From positions 558,001 through 622,000 of the forward strand of contig OZ251244.1 of assembly GCA_965240325.2 (NCBI GenBank): a DNA stretch of 64,000 nt. Reading direction: 5' to 3'. The number at the start of each line of letters is the position of its first letter. Positions within the stretch are counted from its first letter, which is position 1. The position numbers were made by a program, and so were the translations under genes. The notes under the pieces are model-generated. The model made no database searches, had not been told where the DNA came from, and saw only the letters and a list, made by a program, of their open reading frames with translations. Below, in pieces: positions 11,430-22,700 of this stretch. The stretch comes from Rebecca billardiae RCC1528. Taxonomy: Eukaryota > Protista > Haptophyta.

Positions 11430-13394
11430 TCAGAGTGCGCGTGGACCCACGCGCACGCTCACGTGCAGGCGCTTGGCGGGCGAGTCGTCGCGCCCGCCGA
11501 CTGTGTGCACGCTGCCGTCCGCGCATACCAGCAGTGCCTGCACCATGCCGCACGAGGCAGCGACGACGCGTGCGGCGGCGGTGCTGCCAGTGACGGCGGC
11601 GGCATGGTCGCCGCTCTCAGAGCTTGGCAATGTCGCAGCTTGCTGCCTGCTTCGGCGGTGCTCATGGCGCGCGCGAGCGCTATCCTCGGCAGGAGCGGCT
11701 GTCGAGCTGGGCATATGAACGTCCTCGCCGCCCGGCTCCACAGAGCCCTGGCCCTGCGGCGGCAGGGGAGCGGCCGCCGCCGGTGCCGCCGCCGCCGCCG
11801 CCGCGGCGGCGGCCGTCGTTGGTGGGGCTTGGCCAATCGCCCCAGCTGCCTCTGCCTGAGAAGCAGACGAGACGGGCAGAGGCCGTAGCACAGGCCTCAA
11901 CAGCGGCGGCGTCCCAGCGCGCTCGCCGCCGCCTCCATCGGCACCCAGCGCCTCAGCCTCTCGCGACACCGCGCCCATGCAAAAGGCACGGCCGTCGGCG
12001 GCGCCGACAATGGAGCGCGCCACTCCCGCGGCGATCGCTGTGACACGCACACCCCTCAGCGCGCACACGCGCCTGGGAAGCAGCAGCTTGTTGCCGTGGG
12101 TGAGCGCCGGGTGGCCGAGGCTGCCGCCCTGGTCGAAGCCGCACGAGTAGAGCGCGCCGCCCTCGGCGAGGATCAGCGAGTGCGCCATCCCCGCCGCCAC
12201 CGCCTCCACCGCCACCGACGCGAGTGCCTGCACCCTCGATGGAGTCAGCCTTGGCGCGGTGTCGCCATGCCCGAGCGATCCGTCCGCGCCGTCCCCGAAC
12301 GAGTGCAGCGCGCCGTCCGCGGTGATGACGAGCGTGTGCACGGCGCCGGCCGACGCACTCACCGCGAAGCGAGCCCGCTCACACCCGCCGCCGAACGCCG
12401 AGACACGCGCAGGCGCGGCCCTCATCGCCTGATCGCCGTGGCCGAGCCGGCCGCGCAGGCCCATTCCCCAGCTGTAGCAATCTCCCGAGCTTGTGATTGC
12501 GACTGAGTGGTCGAAGCCCGCGCTGACGCCGACGGCGCGCACGCTGGCCAGGCCCTCGACCAGCCTCGGCGTGTGCTGGCTCTTGAAGTCGCCGTGGCCC
12601 AGCACGCCGCCCGCGCCGCCGCCCATCGAGAACACGCGTCCATCCACGCTCAGCACGAGAGCGTGTGCGGCCCCCGCCGACGCGGCGACGATGCGTACGC
12701 CCTCGAGCGCGCGCACGGGGCGTGGGGCGCGCACGGGGGGCACGGCGTCGTGCAGCCCGTGCCCGAGCGCCGCGAGCACGCCCGAACGCCCGTCCAACGC
12801 GCCGCCATCGTCGACGCCTTGCGCGAGGCCCTCGTCTACGCCGCCGCCCAAAGCAGTTGGGTCGGCGTCCGGGGTAGCGCGGGCGTGGCAGGTGAGGAGC
12901 CGCCCGGCCGCGTCGACGAGTGCGATGATGGCCGTGCCCGCCGAGCTGGTCGCGTGGCCGCGGTAGAAGCGCAGTCGCCGCTCGCGCAGCAGCAGCGCCT
13001 CCGTCCACGACGGCGCGCCCGCCTTCAGCCAGCGCGGCGGGGCATGGTGCGCGCGCGCGCGCAGTGCACATTCCACCAGAGACATCGCTCTGGGCTCACC
13101 GTTGAAGAAGCGGCCGGTGCGCATGAGCGCGGCAATGTCCTCGGGGCTGTCCATATGGCCGACAATGCGCACGATCAGCTCGGTCGGAAGGTCGGACAGG
13201 CGCAGGGAGCGGCATGGCGCGAGCGCTGCGCCCGACACTCGGTCCCGCGCGCGCCGGCTGAGCACGGCGTCAAGCCTGCGCACGAGAAAGTGCGCGGTGT
13301 GCAGCTGCTCGGGCGAGAGCCGATGCGCCTCCTTCTCCGCCTCGATCAGCGCCAGCTCAAGCGCGCACAGCGCGCGCGGCTCGTCGGAGAGCAT
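11430..13394 (-). CDS. F-box-like plus RCC1-repeat protein (possible short terminal intron near 11460)
   Basis: LSDLPTELIVRIVGHM F-box-like motif; repeated SAG..H(S/T)L...DG..(Y/F)S.G.G..G.LGHG RCC1 blades; ATG at 13394. Confidence 0.85.
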   Translation of the reverse strand: MLSDEPRALCALELALIEAEKEAHRLSPEQLHTAHFLVRRLDAVLSRRARDRVSGAALAPCRSLRLSDLPTELIVRIVGHMDSPEDIAALMRTGRFFNGEPRAMSLVECALRARAHHAPPRWLKAGAPSWTEALLLRERRLRFYRGHATSSAGTAIIALVDAAGRLLTCHARATPDADPTALGGGVDEGLAQGVDDGGALDGRSGVLAALGHGLHDAVPPVRAPRPVRALEGVRIVAASAGAAHALVLSVDGRVFSMGGGAGGVLGHGDFKSQHTPRLVEGLASVRAVGVSAGFDHSVAITSSGDCYSWGMGLRGRLGHGDQAMRAAPARVSAFGGGCERARFAVSASAGAVHTLVITADGALHSFGDGADGSLGHGDTAPRLTPSRVQALASVAVEAVAAGMAHSLILAEGGALYSCGFDQGGSLGHPALTHGNKLLLPRRVCALRGVRVTAIAAGVARSIVGAADGRAFCMGAVSREAEALGADGGGGERAGTPPLLRPVLRPLPVSSASQAEAAGAIGQAPPTTAAAAAAAAAAPAAAAPLPPQGQGSVEPGGEDVHMPSSTAAPAEDSARARHEHRRSRQQAATLPSSESGDHAAAVTGSTAAARVVAASCGMVQALLVCADGSVHTVGGRDDSPAKRLHVSVRVGPRAL

Positions 13395-13557
13395 CTCGTT
13401 GCCCGCGAGCGCCGGTTCACAAGCGGCCGGGCGTGAGATGATTTGGGCGGCGCCCGTTCGCACAACCTGGCAGTTCGTCGCTCCAAGTGGACAGCGGGCG
13501 CTGGAGAGCTCCAGCATTGGCAGTTGAAAGGTCGTCCTTTGTTTGGTTGAAAGTCAG

Positions 13558-14304
13558 TATATATATTAACGACGTGGTATGCAACGGGCAGGCGTCAGAG
13601 TCAGCAAGCTGTAGCAGCAGATCGAGCAGCAGAGACAAACACCAGGATCAGCGCTCCTCGCCGTCGTCCCCCCCCTCATAGTCGCCCATCACTCCATCGC
13701 CGAGCGGAAGCTCGACGCACCGTCTGGCGTCGACGCGCACGCGCCACCGCGGTGGTCGCGGTGCCACGCGTCGTCAGCCGTCGTCTCGAAGTAGTCGTCG
13801 TATGCAGCGCCCCCGCGGGCGCGTGCCCCCGGGCGCACGTGCGCCATGCGCGCGCGGGCGATGAGCATCTTGGCCTGGCCACGCAGGCAGCGCATGCCCA
13901 GCTCGCGCCGCATGGTGCCGAGCAGCGCGCGCTCGGCGGCGGGGCGCGAGGGCGCGCTGAGGCGCGCGCGCCACGTGTCCCGCCCCATCTTGGCGATCTT
14001 CTTGAGGGTGAGGTCCACCTCCGCGCTCCACTCGCCGAACGCCCCCACGACAATCGGGACGATCGCGGGGAAGGTGTCGAGCCGCGCCTCGTATGGGCCC
14101 ACCTGGCCCTCAAGCGTGCCGTAGACCTCGCGGTCGAGGAGCTGCAGCTGCTTGCGCCGCTCGCGCGGGACGAGTTCCGCGCGGTGGCGCACCGCACCGT
14201 TGCGGCCGTCGCTCACCCTGTAGCGCGACTGGCTCAGCGAGATGGTCTTGACCTCGAACAGGGTACAGTTGCCGTGCACCTCGGCACTCAGGTCCACCAC
14301 CATA
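13558..14304 (-). mobile_element. 5'-truncated non-LTR retrotransposon: C-terminal restriction-like endonuclease region plus 3' UTR
   Basis: ORF 14303-13689 has D...LFEVKT, AV..RA..V, GP....L and PIVVGAFGEWS, the layout of RLE domains in CRE-like elements; TATA-type sequence at both borders; no RT present. Confidence 0.7.
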
Positions 14305-14756
14305 TACAGTTTTCTAAGAATAAGAGACGCACCAAGGGGAGTCGACGCACACAGCAGGCGAAGTCAGTGTGATGACGACGAGTTCCGTCCGCCCGGAATG
14401 TATCAGAATCGAATGGTGGCTGATTGTTTGTCAATGACAGACTGAGACAGCGGTCCTAGTCAGTGTACTGGGCTCATGTACAGCGAACGGTAGTAGCGCG
14501 TACGTACTATACGGCGGTACCGGCCTTAGTTCGCAGCAGGCAGAGCACTGGTGCAGCTGTCATCAGCACTCAGCACGGGCTCCGCACGCGGAGCCCTGCG
14601 GCGGCGGGTCCGACGCGGGCGGCACGCAGCGGCCGGGCCGCACAAATGCCGGCCACCGTGGCCATCCACACCTACTCCGATTCGACGCAGGCGGTACGCT
14701 ACGACCGCTCACCCACTCGCAGCCCCCTGGTCCGACTCGTCGGGGGCAAACGCTAC

Positions 14757-17233
14757 TCACTTGTACTTGCTCATGAAGTTTGCGTGGAAGGCCTGCATCT
14801 TGCCCACCACCGCCGCGATGTCACCCTCGGCGGGCAGGAAGGCGAAGCGCAGGTGGTACGTTCCGGGAACCTGCTTGAAGCCCGAGCCGGGCACGATGCA
14901 GATGCCCGTCGCGTCGAGCAGGTGCTCCGCGTAGAACGCGTCGGCGGCGACGCCCTCCTTCTTCGCCTCCTCGAGCGCCTTGGGCGGCAGCTTGAGCTGC
15001 GGGAAGAGGTAGAGCGCGCCCTCCGCGCGGTTGCACGACACGCCCTCCATCTTGTTAAACGCGTCGCAGAAGAGCTGCGCCCGCCGGTGGAGCGAGCCGA
15101 GCAGCTCGGTGCGCTCCTTCTCGTACAGCGGGTACGACGGGTCGCCCTTCTTGGGTGGGTTGAGCATCAGCTCGATCGTGAGCTGCCCCGCCACGTTGGC
15201 GCACAGCCCGAGCGCGATCATGCGATAGATCGCCTGCTTCGCGTCGTCGCAGATGCCGAAGCACTCGACGTACCCGCCGCGCCGGCCGCACTCGCCGAGG
15301 AAGCCCTTGGAGACGGAGTGGAACGAGAAGAGCTCGATGTCGTCCGGGCCCATGCCCTCGTCCAGGACGACCTGCGCCACGCGGCGCGCGCACGGGCAGG
15401 TGAGCGTGGGCGCGGGCGGAGGTCGCGGGGGACAGAGCGGACAGTGTTCGCGCCGCGCCAGCCAGGCTGCGCGCGCGCGCAGCTCGCGCGCCGCGCGCTG
15501 CCGCGACTGCGCGCGGCCCGCGCGGCCACGCCAGCGGCCGCGCACCGCCCAGCAGCGAGGCGAATCCCCGCCCGTCCGCGCGGATGCGCGCGCCGCCCCT
15601 CCTCCGCCCGACAGCGCCCCCGCCGGTGTACACTGTGTTAGTGTACACCGCCCACCGCGCGGCACACACCGCCCGCCAGCGCTGCCGAGCGTCCCCCAGT
15701 CCCATCCGTGCGCCGCGCCGCTCCCAAGCCACCGGCTGCAGCCACGCACGCACGCGCTGGCACGGCACAGCATGGCGGGACAGTACGCGCTGGCACAGTA
15801 CGGGGGTACGCACTGGCACGGCACAGCATGGCGGGACAGTACGCGCTGGCACAGTACGGGGGTACGCACTGGCACGGCACAGCATGGCGGGACAGTACGC
15901 GCTGGCACAGTACGGGGGTACGCACTGGCACGGCACAGCATGGCGGGACAGTACGCGCTGGCACAGTACGGGGGTACGCACTGGCACGGCACAGCATGGC
16001 GGGACAGTACGCGCTGGCACAGTACGGGGGTACGCACTGGCACGGCACGGCATGGCGGGACAGTACGCGCTGGCACAGTACGGGGGTACGCACTGGCACG
16101 GCACAGCATGGCGGGACAGTACGCGCTGGCACAGTACGGGGGTACGCACTGGCACGGCACAGCATGGCGGGACAGTACGCGCTGGCACAGTACGGGGGTA
16201 CGCACTGGCACGGCACAGCATGGCGGGACAGTACGCGCTGGCACAGTACGGGGGTACGCACTGGCACGGCACGGCATGGCGGGACAGTACGCACCTTCTT
16301 GAAGGAAGTGAACGGCTTGTCCTGCGCGTACAGGTTGGTCTGGTACACCTCGTCGGCGATGAGCACGAGGCGCTCCTCGGCGCAGAGCCGCACGATCTGC
16401 CGCTGGTTCTCCAGCCCCAGCGTGTTGCCCGTCGGGTTCCCCGGGTTGATCACGACGAGCGCGCGCGGGCACTTGCCCTGCGCGCGCGCCGAGCGGATCG
16501 CGCGCTTCACCTCGACGACGTCGAGCGCCCAGCCGGCGGCCTCGTCGAGGTAGTAGCCGACGAGGCTGCCCTGGAAGAGGTTGATCGAGCCGGAGTAGAG
16601 CGGGTACTGCGGGATCGGGCAGAGGATCGCGTCGTCCTCGCAGCGCAGGCACACCTGCAGGCACAGCTTCACCGCCTCGCTCGCGCCGTCCGTCAAGAAG
16701 ATCTCCTCAGGCTTGGCCGGGTGGCCGTCGCGCTCGGCGATGAAGCGCGCGACCGCCTCGCGCACGTAGCGGGCGCCCTGGCTCTCGGAGTACGCGCCGG
16801 TGCCGCCGGGCACGTGCGACAGCAGGTCGCGCGCGCGCTGCCGCACGTCCGCGGGGAAGTGCTCGCGCGCAGACTTGTCCTCGAGCAGCTGCGGGTAGTC
16901 GCACAGCGCGAGGACCTGGCGCACGAAGGTGACGGGCTTCTGGCCGAGGGCCTGCGGGTTGCCGATGTTGCACTCGACGATCCGGTCGAAGGGCAGGCCC
17001 TTGCCCTCACCCGTCTCCAGCTGCCGCCGGTACGCGTTCGCCTTGAGCGTGAGCTTGCCGCGGACGGCCGTGACGGCGTTCGCAAAGCGCGGCGAGATGC
17101 CGCCGACGACGAGCGACTTGCCGGCCGGGCGCGCGGCATGGCGTCGCTTCTGGAGCAGCCTGCCCAGCGCGTACGCGACTGCGGACGCCACGCCCACGCC
17201 GATCACGCGCAGGGCCACGCTGTCGGTGCCCAT
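14757..17233 (-). CDS. Alanine aminotransferase (PLP-dependent, class I/II); exons 17233-16295 and 15371-14757
   Basis: CNIGNPQ, GAYSESQG, IFLTDGAS, PIPQYPLYS, INPGNPTG, ADEVYQ, SFHSVSKGFLGECGRRGGY (PLP lysine), GICIVPGSGF.Q..GTYHLR. Confidence 0.96.
15755..16294. repeat. 56-bp minisatellite, ~9.6 copies, inside the aminotransferase intron
   Basis: Unit CACTGGCACGGCACAGCATGGCGGGACAGTACGCGCTGGCACAGTACGGGGGTACG recurs at 15811, 15867, 15923 ... 16259; copies near-identical. Confidence 0.95.
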
Positions 17234-17622
17234 CACGCGGCCGTGAAAGGACCGCCCGAGACAGGAGCGCGGCCGCACAACCCCGCGAAGCGGTCCTAAC
17301 TTGAACGGCTATTGCTCATTGGCTCAACAACCACGTGGCCATCGTTCAGCCTTTCCGCCCGACCAATCAGCGTTTTTCCTCTCATCAGCTAGGCGCGCTT
17401 TCCGTCCGAATTTATTCTCCGCGGGACCAAAAAAGGTTAAAAAGCCCAGTCCGGGCGAGCTGAGCGGCGACGACAGCTCGCACTCCTCGGCAGAGTCGCA
17501 GCTGGCGGCCCCGCGGCCGGGCCGGGCGCGACTCCCACCCGGACACTGCACTCGCACCGGAAAAGGCGCATCTGCAAGAGGGATTCGGAGGCGGCGCGAA
17601 CGGGTCACCGCAGCGTCGGCTA

Positions 17623-19284
17623 ATGATGCTCGCCACGCTCGCGACGCGCGCGCGCGCGCTCGGCGTCCGCGGCTCCGCGGCGCGGCGGCTGCTGTGCTCG
17701 AGCTCGCTGAGCGATGCGGCCGTGCTCGACAAGCTGGCCAGCGGCCAGATGGCCATCCACAAGCTCGAGGCTGAGCTCGGCGATCCGGTGCGCGCGATGC
17801 GGCTGAGGCGTGAGCACATTCAGGCGCGGCTCGGCGCGGGCGGCAAGGCGGACGCGCTGGGCGCGCTGCCGTCCGAGGCGCTCGATGCGACGGGGTTCTA
17901 CGGCCAGGTCGACGGCGCGTGCTGCGAGAACGTCGTGGGCTACGTCCCGCTGCCAGTCGGCACGGTCGGGCCGTACTTGATTGACGGCAGCGAGTACTAT
18001 GTGCCGATGGCGACGACCGAGGGCGCGCTCGTCGCGTCGACGCACCGCGGCGCGCGCGCGATCACGCAGGCGGGCGGCGCGCACACCGAGCTGCTCGCCG
18101 ACGGCATGACGCGTGCGCCCGCGCTCGCGCTGCCCACGCTCGAGGCGGCGGCCGAGCTGAAGCGCTGGCTCGAGTCGCCAGAGTCGCTCCCTGAGCTGCA
18201 GGAGGCGTTCACGTCGACGTCGCGTTTCGGCAGGCTGCTCGCGGTGAAGGTGGGGCTCTCGGGCAAGTACGCGCACGTGCGGTTCAAGTGCTTCACCGGC
18301 GACGCGATGGGCATGAACATGGTCTCGAAGGGCGTGAACAAGGTCGTCGAGTCCATCCTGGAGAAATTCCCAGGGTCGGAGCTCCTCGGGCTCTCCGGCA
18401 ACTTTTGCACAGACAAGAAGCCGAGCGCCGTGAACTGGATCGACGGGCGCGGCAAGTCGGTGGCGGCGGAGGCGGTGATCCCGGGCGACATCGTTGCCTC
18501 CGTGCTCAAGTCCACGCCCGAGGACATCGGCCGGCTCAACATGCATAAGAACCTCATCGGTGCGGCAGCGCTGCCGCGGCCTCGCGCGCCGCGGCCTCGC
18601 GCATCCGGCCGCGCGCGCGCGCTCGTGCGCAGGGCTCCGAGCTCTCAGCGTGCCGGGCGGAGCACGCGCGCGCGCGCGCGCTCTGCTCACCCCCTGTGCC
18701 TCCCCGCCTGCCCCCGCCCGCCCGCAGGCTCGGCGCTCGCGGGCTCGATCGGCGGGCAGAACGCGCACTCCTCGAACATTCTCACCGCGGTCTTCCTCGC
18801 GGCCGGCCAGGACCCGGCACAGAACGTGGAGTCGTCCACGTGCCTCACGCTGATGGAGGCGATCCCGCCGAGCAGCCCCGGCGGCAAGTCGGTGCGCGGC
18901 GCGCCGACCCGCGCGCGAGGTCGGGCGGGCGCGCGCGCGCTCGCACTCGCACCGCACGATCGGAGCGCGTCGCCTCACGCGCGCCGCCCTGCCGTCCCCG
19001 CGCGCGCGGCGCGTGACCGTGCCCAGGCGCTCTATGTCTCGTGCACGATGCCGTCGATCGAGGTGGGGACCGTCGGCGGCGGCACCAACCTGGCGGCGCA
19101 GGCGGCGTGCCTCGGCCTGATGGGGCTGAAGGGCTCCGGCGAGAAGCCGGGCGCGAACTCGCAGCAGCTCGCGCGCGTCGTCTGCGCGTCCGTGATGGCG
19201 GGGGAGCTGTCGCTGATGGCCGCGCTGTCTGTGAACCACCTCGTGAAGGCGCACATGGCGCTGGGCAGGCGTGACCGCAAGTGA
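17623..19284 (+). CDS. HMGR: Class I HMG-CoA reductase, catalytic domain only; introns 18560-18727 and 18892-19026
   Basis: CCENVVGY, PMATTEGALVAS, GDAMGMNM, SGNFCTDKK, GQDPAQNVES, GTVGGGT, GELSLMAAL...HLVKAHM. Confidence 0.97.
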   Translation: MMLATLATRARALGVRGSAARRLLCSSSLSDAAVLDKLASGQMAIHKLEAELGDPVRAMRLRREHIQARLGAGGKADALGALPSEALDATGFYGQVDGACCENVVGYVPLPVGTVGPYLIDGSEYYVPMATTEGALVASTHRGARAITQAGGAHTELLADGMTRAPALALPTLEAAAELKRWLESPESLPELQEAFTSTSRFGRLLAVKVGLSGKYAHVRFKCFTGDAMGMNMVSKGVNKVVESILEKFPGSELLGLSGNFCTDKKPSAVNWIDGRGKSVAAEAVIPGDIVASVLKSTPEDIGRLNMHKNLIGAAALPRPRAPRPRASGRARALVRRAPSSQRAGRSTRARARSAHPLCLPACPRPPAGSALAGSIGGQNAHSSNILTAVFLAAGQDPAQNVESSTCLTLMEAIPPSSPGGKSVRGAPTRARGRAGARALALAPHDRSASPHARRPAVPARAARDRAQALYVSCTMPSIEVGTVGGGTNLAAQAACLGLMGLKGSGEKPGANSQQLARVVCASVMAGELSLMAALSVNHLVKAHMALGRRDRK

Positions 19285-19799
19285 GCGCGCCGCTCCGAGC
19301 CCGCACCGGCGGCTTGGCCGGCGCTGCTGCGGCCAGGCCACTCTTCGACCTCACTTACTCGCCCACTCACATTCCTCACGTGTACTCACGTGTGTAGGCA
19401 GGCTGCGGCGGCATGGCCGAGCTCGCCGCGGCGTGCGCGCCGGCGCAGCTGGGGGCGGCACGGTGCGTGGCGCTGCTGCGCGGCGCCGCCTGGCTGCTGC
19501 GCATGCCAGCAGACGGCGCGGTGCCGCCACCTCTCGCCGGCGGCCCTCGTAGTCTGACGTAGAATCCAGGAGCCAGACGCAGAGACCGCCGGTGCGACTC
19601 AACTACGAATGCACGGTCGCGTTGTGTGTCGTACGAGGGTACCCGTACGAGCTGGCTGCTGGGCAGCGTTCGTTAGCAGGGTGTCAAGGCAAGAAAAAAT
19701 CGCGACGAGTGTAAATTCCGAACAGAAATGGGCGCGCGCCTTTTATTCGGACCTCACCACGAGGCCCCGCGCTCGCCGCGCTCGTGGTGAGGCTGCCGC

Positions 19800-22700
19800 A
19801 TGGCGGCACGTGGGCCGCTGCGGGCGTGGGCGCAGGCCGCGCTTACGCTGGGTGGCGGCGCGCATGCGCTGCGCGCGGCGTGCCGCCTGCGCGTACCGTC
19901 GCGCTCCGCGGCGCTCGGCGCCGCCGGCGGCGGCACGGCGCGCGCACCCGTCCTTCGGCGGCTGCTTCACGCGTCCGCGCGCGCGCGCGTACACGCCGAG
20001 CCGAGCGCCGATGCTGCCGAGGCGGCGCGCGCGCCCGATGCGCCCAGGACCGCGGCGAGGCCCGCCGCGGCGTCTCCCGCGCCCGCGCGTCACCCGGCGG
20101 CGCCGCACATCCGGCTGAACAAGGAGCTGCTCACCAAGCGCTCCGTGCGCGGCGTGCTCGGGGTTTGGGAGCGCGCGCGAGCAAAGGGCGGTTTCAACGG
20201 CGTCAACTTTGCGACCGCGCTGTCGCAGATCGCGCGGTATCGGTCGGCGAAGGACGCGACTCGGCTGGCGACGGAGACGCGCCTCATCACGCTGCTCGAC
20301 AGCCTCGCCGACGGCATCCAAGCTGCCGAGCGCGAGGCCGACGGGCGCGCGCCCGCCGTCGGCCGCCCAATGGTCGGCGCGGAGACGGCGCGCGCGCCGC
20401 ACGCCGGCCAGCCGGTGGCGGTGGAGCTCGACGACCGCGCGCTCTCGTCGTGCGCGCACTCGCTCGGGATGCTCGCGATGAGCTGGGGCAAGGCGCGCCC
20501 GCCGGCCAACGACCGCGTCCTCGCGCTGCTCGCCGCCGCGGCCGTACGGCGGACGGCGCGCCTCGCCCCGAGACACCTGGCCTGGGCAGGGTGGGGTCTG
20601 GCCGTTTCCGGGAACCTTCGCGTCGCGTACGCTGTGGACGCGCTGGCGAAGGCGGCGCTGCCGCGGCTCGGCGATTTCGACCTGACGGAGCTCTCGTCGC
20701 TCGCGTACGCGATCGCGATCGCGCGCGTCGACGCGCGTGCCAGCTTGCTGCCGGCCATCGCCGAGGCCACGCACGCGCACATGGTCGGAGCGGGGCCGGC
20801 GGCGGCAGCGGCGGCGGCGTCGGCGTCGGCCGAGGCGGCCGAGGCGGCGCACGCGGATGCGGCGAGGCCCGCGCGCGCCGCGGGCGCGCGCGACGAGCCG
20901 CTCGACCTGCGCGCGATCATCTACATCGTCTGGTCCCTCGCCAAGTGCGACACGCGCACACCGGCCGCGATCGCCGTGTACAAAGCCGTCACGCACGAGC
21001 TGACGCTGCGCGGCGCGCGCGAGCAGCTGTCGTCCTCGGTCGTCTCGATGGCGGTGTGGGCGCTGGTGAGCGTGCGCGCGCCGGCGTCGGGCGTGTTCGA
21101 GGTGCTCGGCCCCACGGTCGAGGCGCACGCCGCGCGGTACTCCGTGACCGAGCTCTCCACCGTCAGCTGGGCCTACGGCTCCGCCGCGCATCTTTGGGGC
21201 GTGCACGCGGCCGCGCCGCTTACCAGCGTGGCCGCGGCCGCGCAGGACCGGCTCGGGGAGTTCTCGCTGCCGCAGGCGTCGAGGCTGCTGTGGGGGCTGG
21301 CGTGCGCGCAGCAGGTCAGCGCGCGGAGCGCGCAGCTCGCGCGCGTCGCCCCGCCCGGCACGCGCCCCGCCCCGGACTCCGCTCCGGACTTTACCCCGGT
21401 CCTACTCGCATTTGAGCCTCACGTTGCGAGCGCGCTGCGCGCGCTCGTCCCCGGCGCGGCGGCGGGCGACGAGCGCGGCGAGGGCGAGGGCGAGGGCGTG
21501 GGCGGGCGCGCGCGCGCGCGCTCGGCCGCGCCGCCGCCGGACAGCATGCAGATCCGCCGCGCGATGATCGACGTCGCGTTCGCGTACGCCGTCGCGGGCG
21601 CACACAGCGAGCGGCTGCTCTCAGCTCTTGTCGCGGCCGCGCTGCCGAGGCTCGAGCAGTTTGAGGTGGGCGGCCTGGCTCACCTGGCGGACGCGCTCTC
21701 GCGCGCGCGCACGCCCGAGGGCGCGCTCGCGATCGAGCCGGGCTTCTACGCCGCGCTGGGCGACGCCGCGTGCGCGCGCGTCAGCGCGCTGCCCATCGCC
21801 GACTCCGTCCGACTCACGGCGGCGCTGGCGCGCGCGCGCGCGCCGCACGCGCCACTGCTTTCAGCAATCGGCTCGGTTGAGGCGGCGCGGGCTGAGGCAT
21901 TGGACGATTCGCAGCTCACGCTGCTCGCCGTGAGCTTCGCCGACCAGCGCGTGCGCCACGGCGCCCTGTTCGCCGCGCTCGCGCACACCGTCGAGTCGCG
22001 CGCGAGCACCCTCAACCGCGCCGCAGTCGCCCACATCGCCCGCTCGTTCGTCCGCCTCGGCTACGCGCCCGCGCCGCTGCTGCGCGCTCTCGAGCGTCAG
22101 ACTCTGAGCAACAACGCGGGCAAGCTGACGGCCGCGCAGGTGTCCAAGCTGGCGTGGGCGTTCGCGATGGCGGGCATGGGCGGCCCGCAGCTCTTCGACA
22201 CCCTCGCGCGCCGCGCGTCCGCCAAGGCCTACGCCATGAGCCGGACCGTCGCTGCGGACGCGCTGCTGGGCTTTGAGCTCGCGCGGGCGCGCGCCGCGGC
22301 CGACCGCGGCGCGGACGGCGCCGACGGCGGCGGCGCGGACGGCGGCGGCGGCGAGGCGGCCATGGGTGGCGAGCACTGGACGACGCTGCTGCATCAGATG
22401 TGGACGAAGGAAGCGCCCATCGACATCGGGCGCATCTCCGCCGAGGTGCTCTGCAAGCTCAACGACGCCCTGGCCGTGCGTGCTCTCGGCGGCGCCGCGC
22501 GCGCCGGCGAGACGCCTGTCTCAGACGCACCCACATGGGTGGCTCTCGAGAGAGCGAGCCGCGCTGCGGCGGCCGAGCGCGGCGCGCGCGCGGCCGAGGG
22601 CGCGCGAGAGCTCTCCGCCGCGCTGAGCGAGCTCGGCTGGGTGCACGTGCTCGAGCCCTGCGCGCAGGACTCGCACCTGCTCGGTGAGGCCGTGCAGCTC

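Noticed and set aside
15755-16294. Regular repeat array as a possible CRISPR array or Cys-rich repeat protein
   Set aside because: Units are contiguous with no unique spacers, and the array lies inside a GT-AG intron whose removal restores the aminotransferase.
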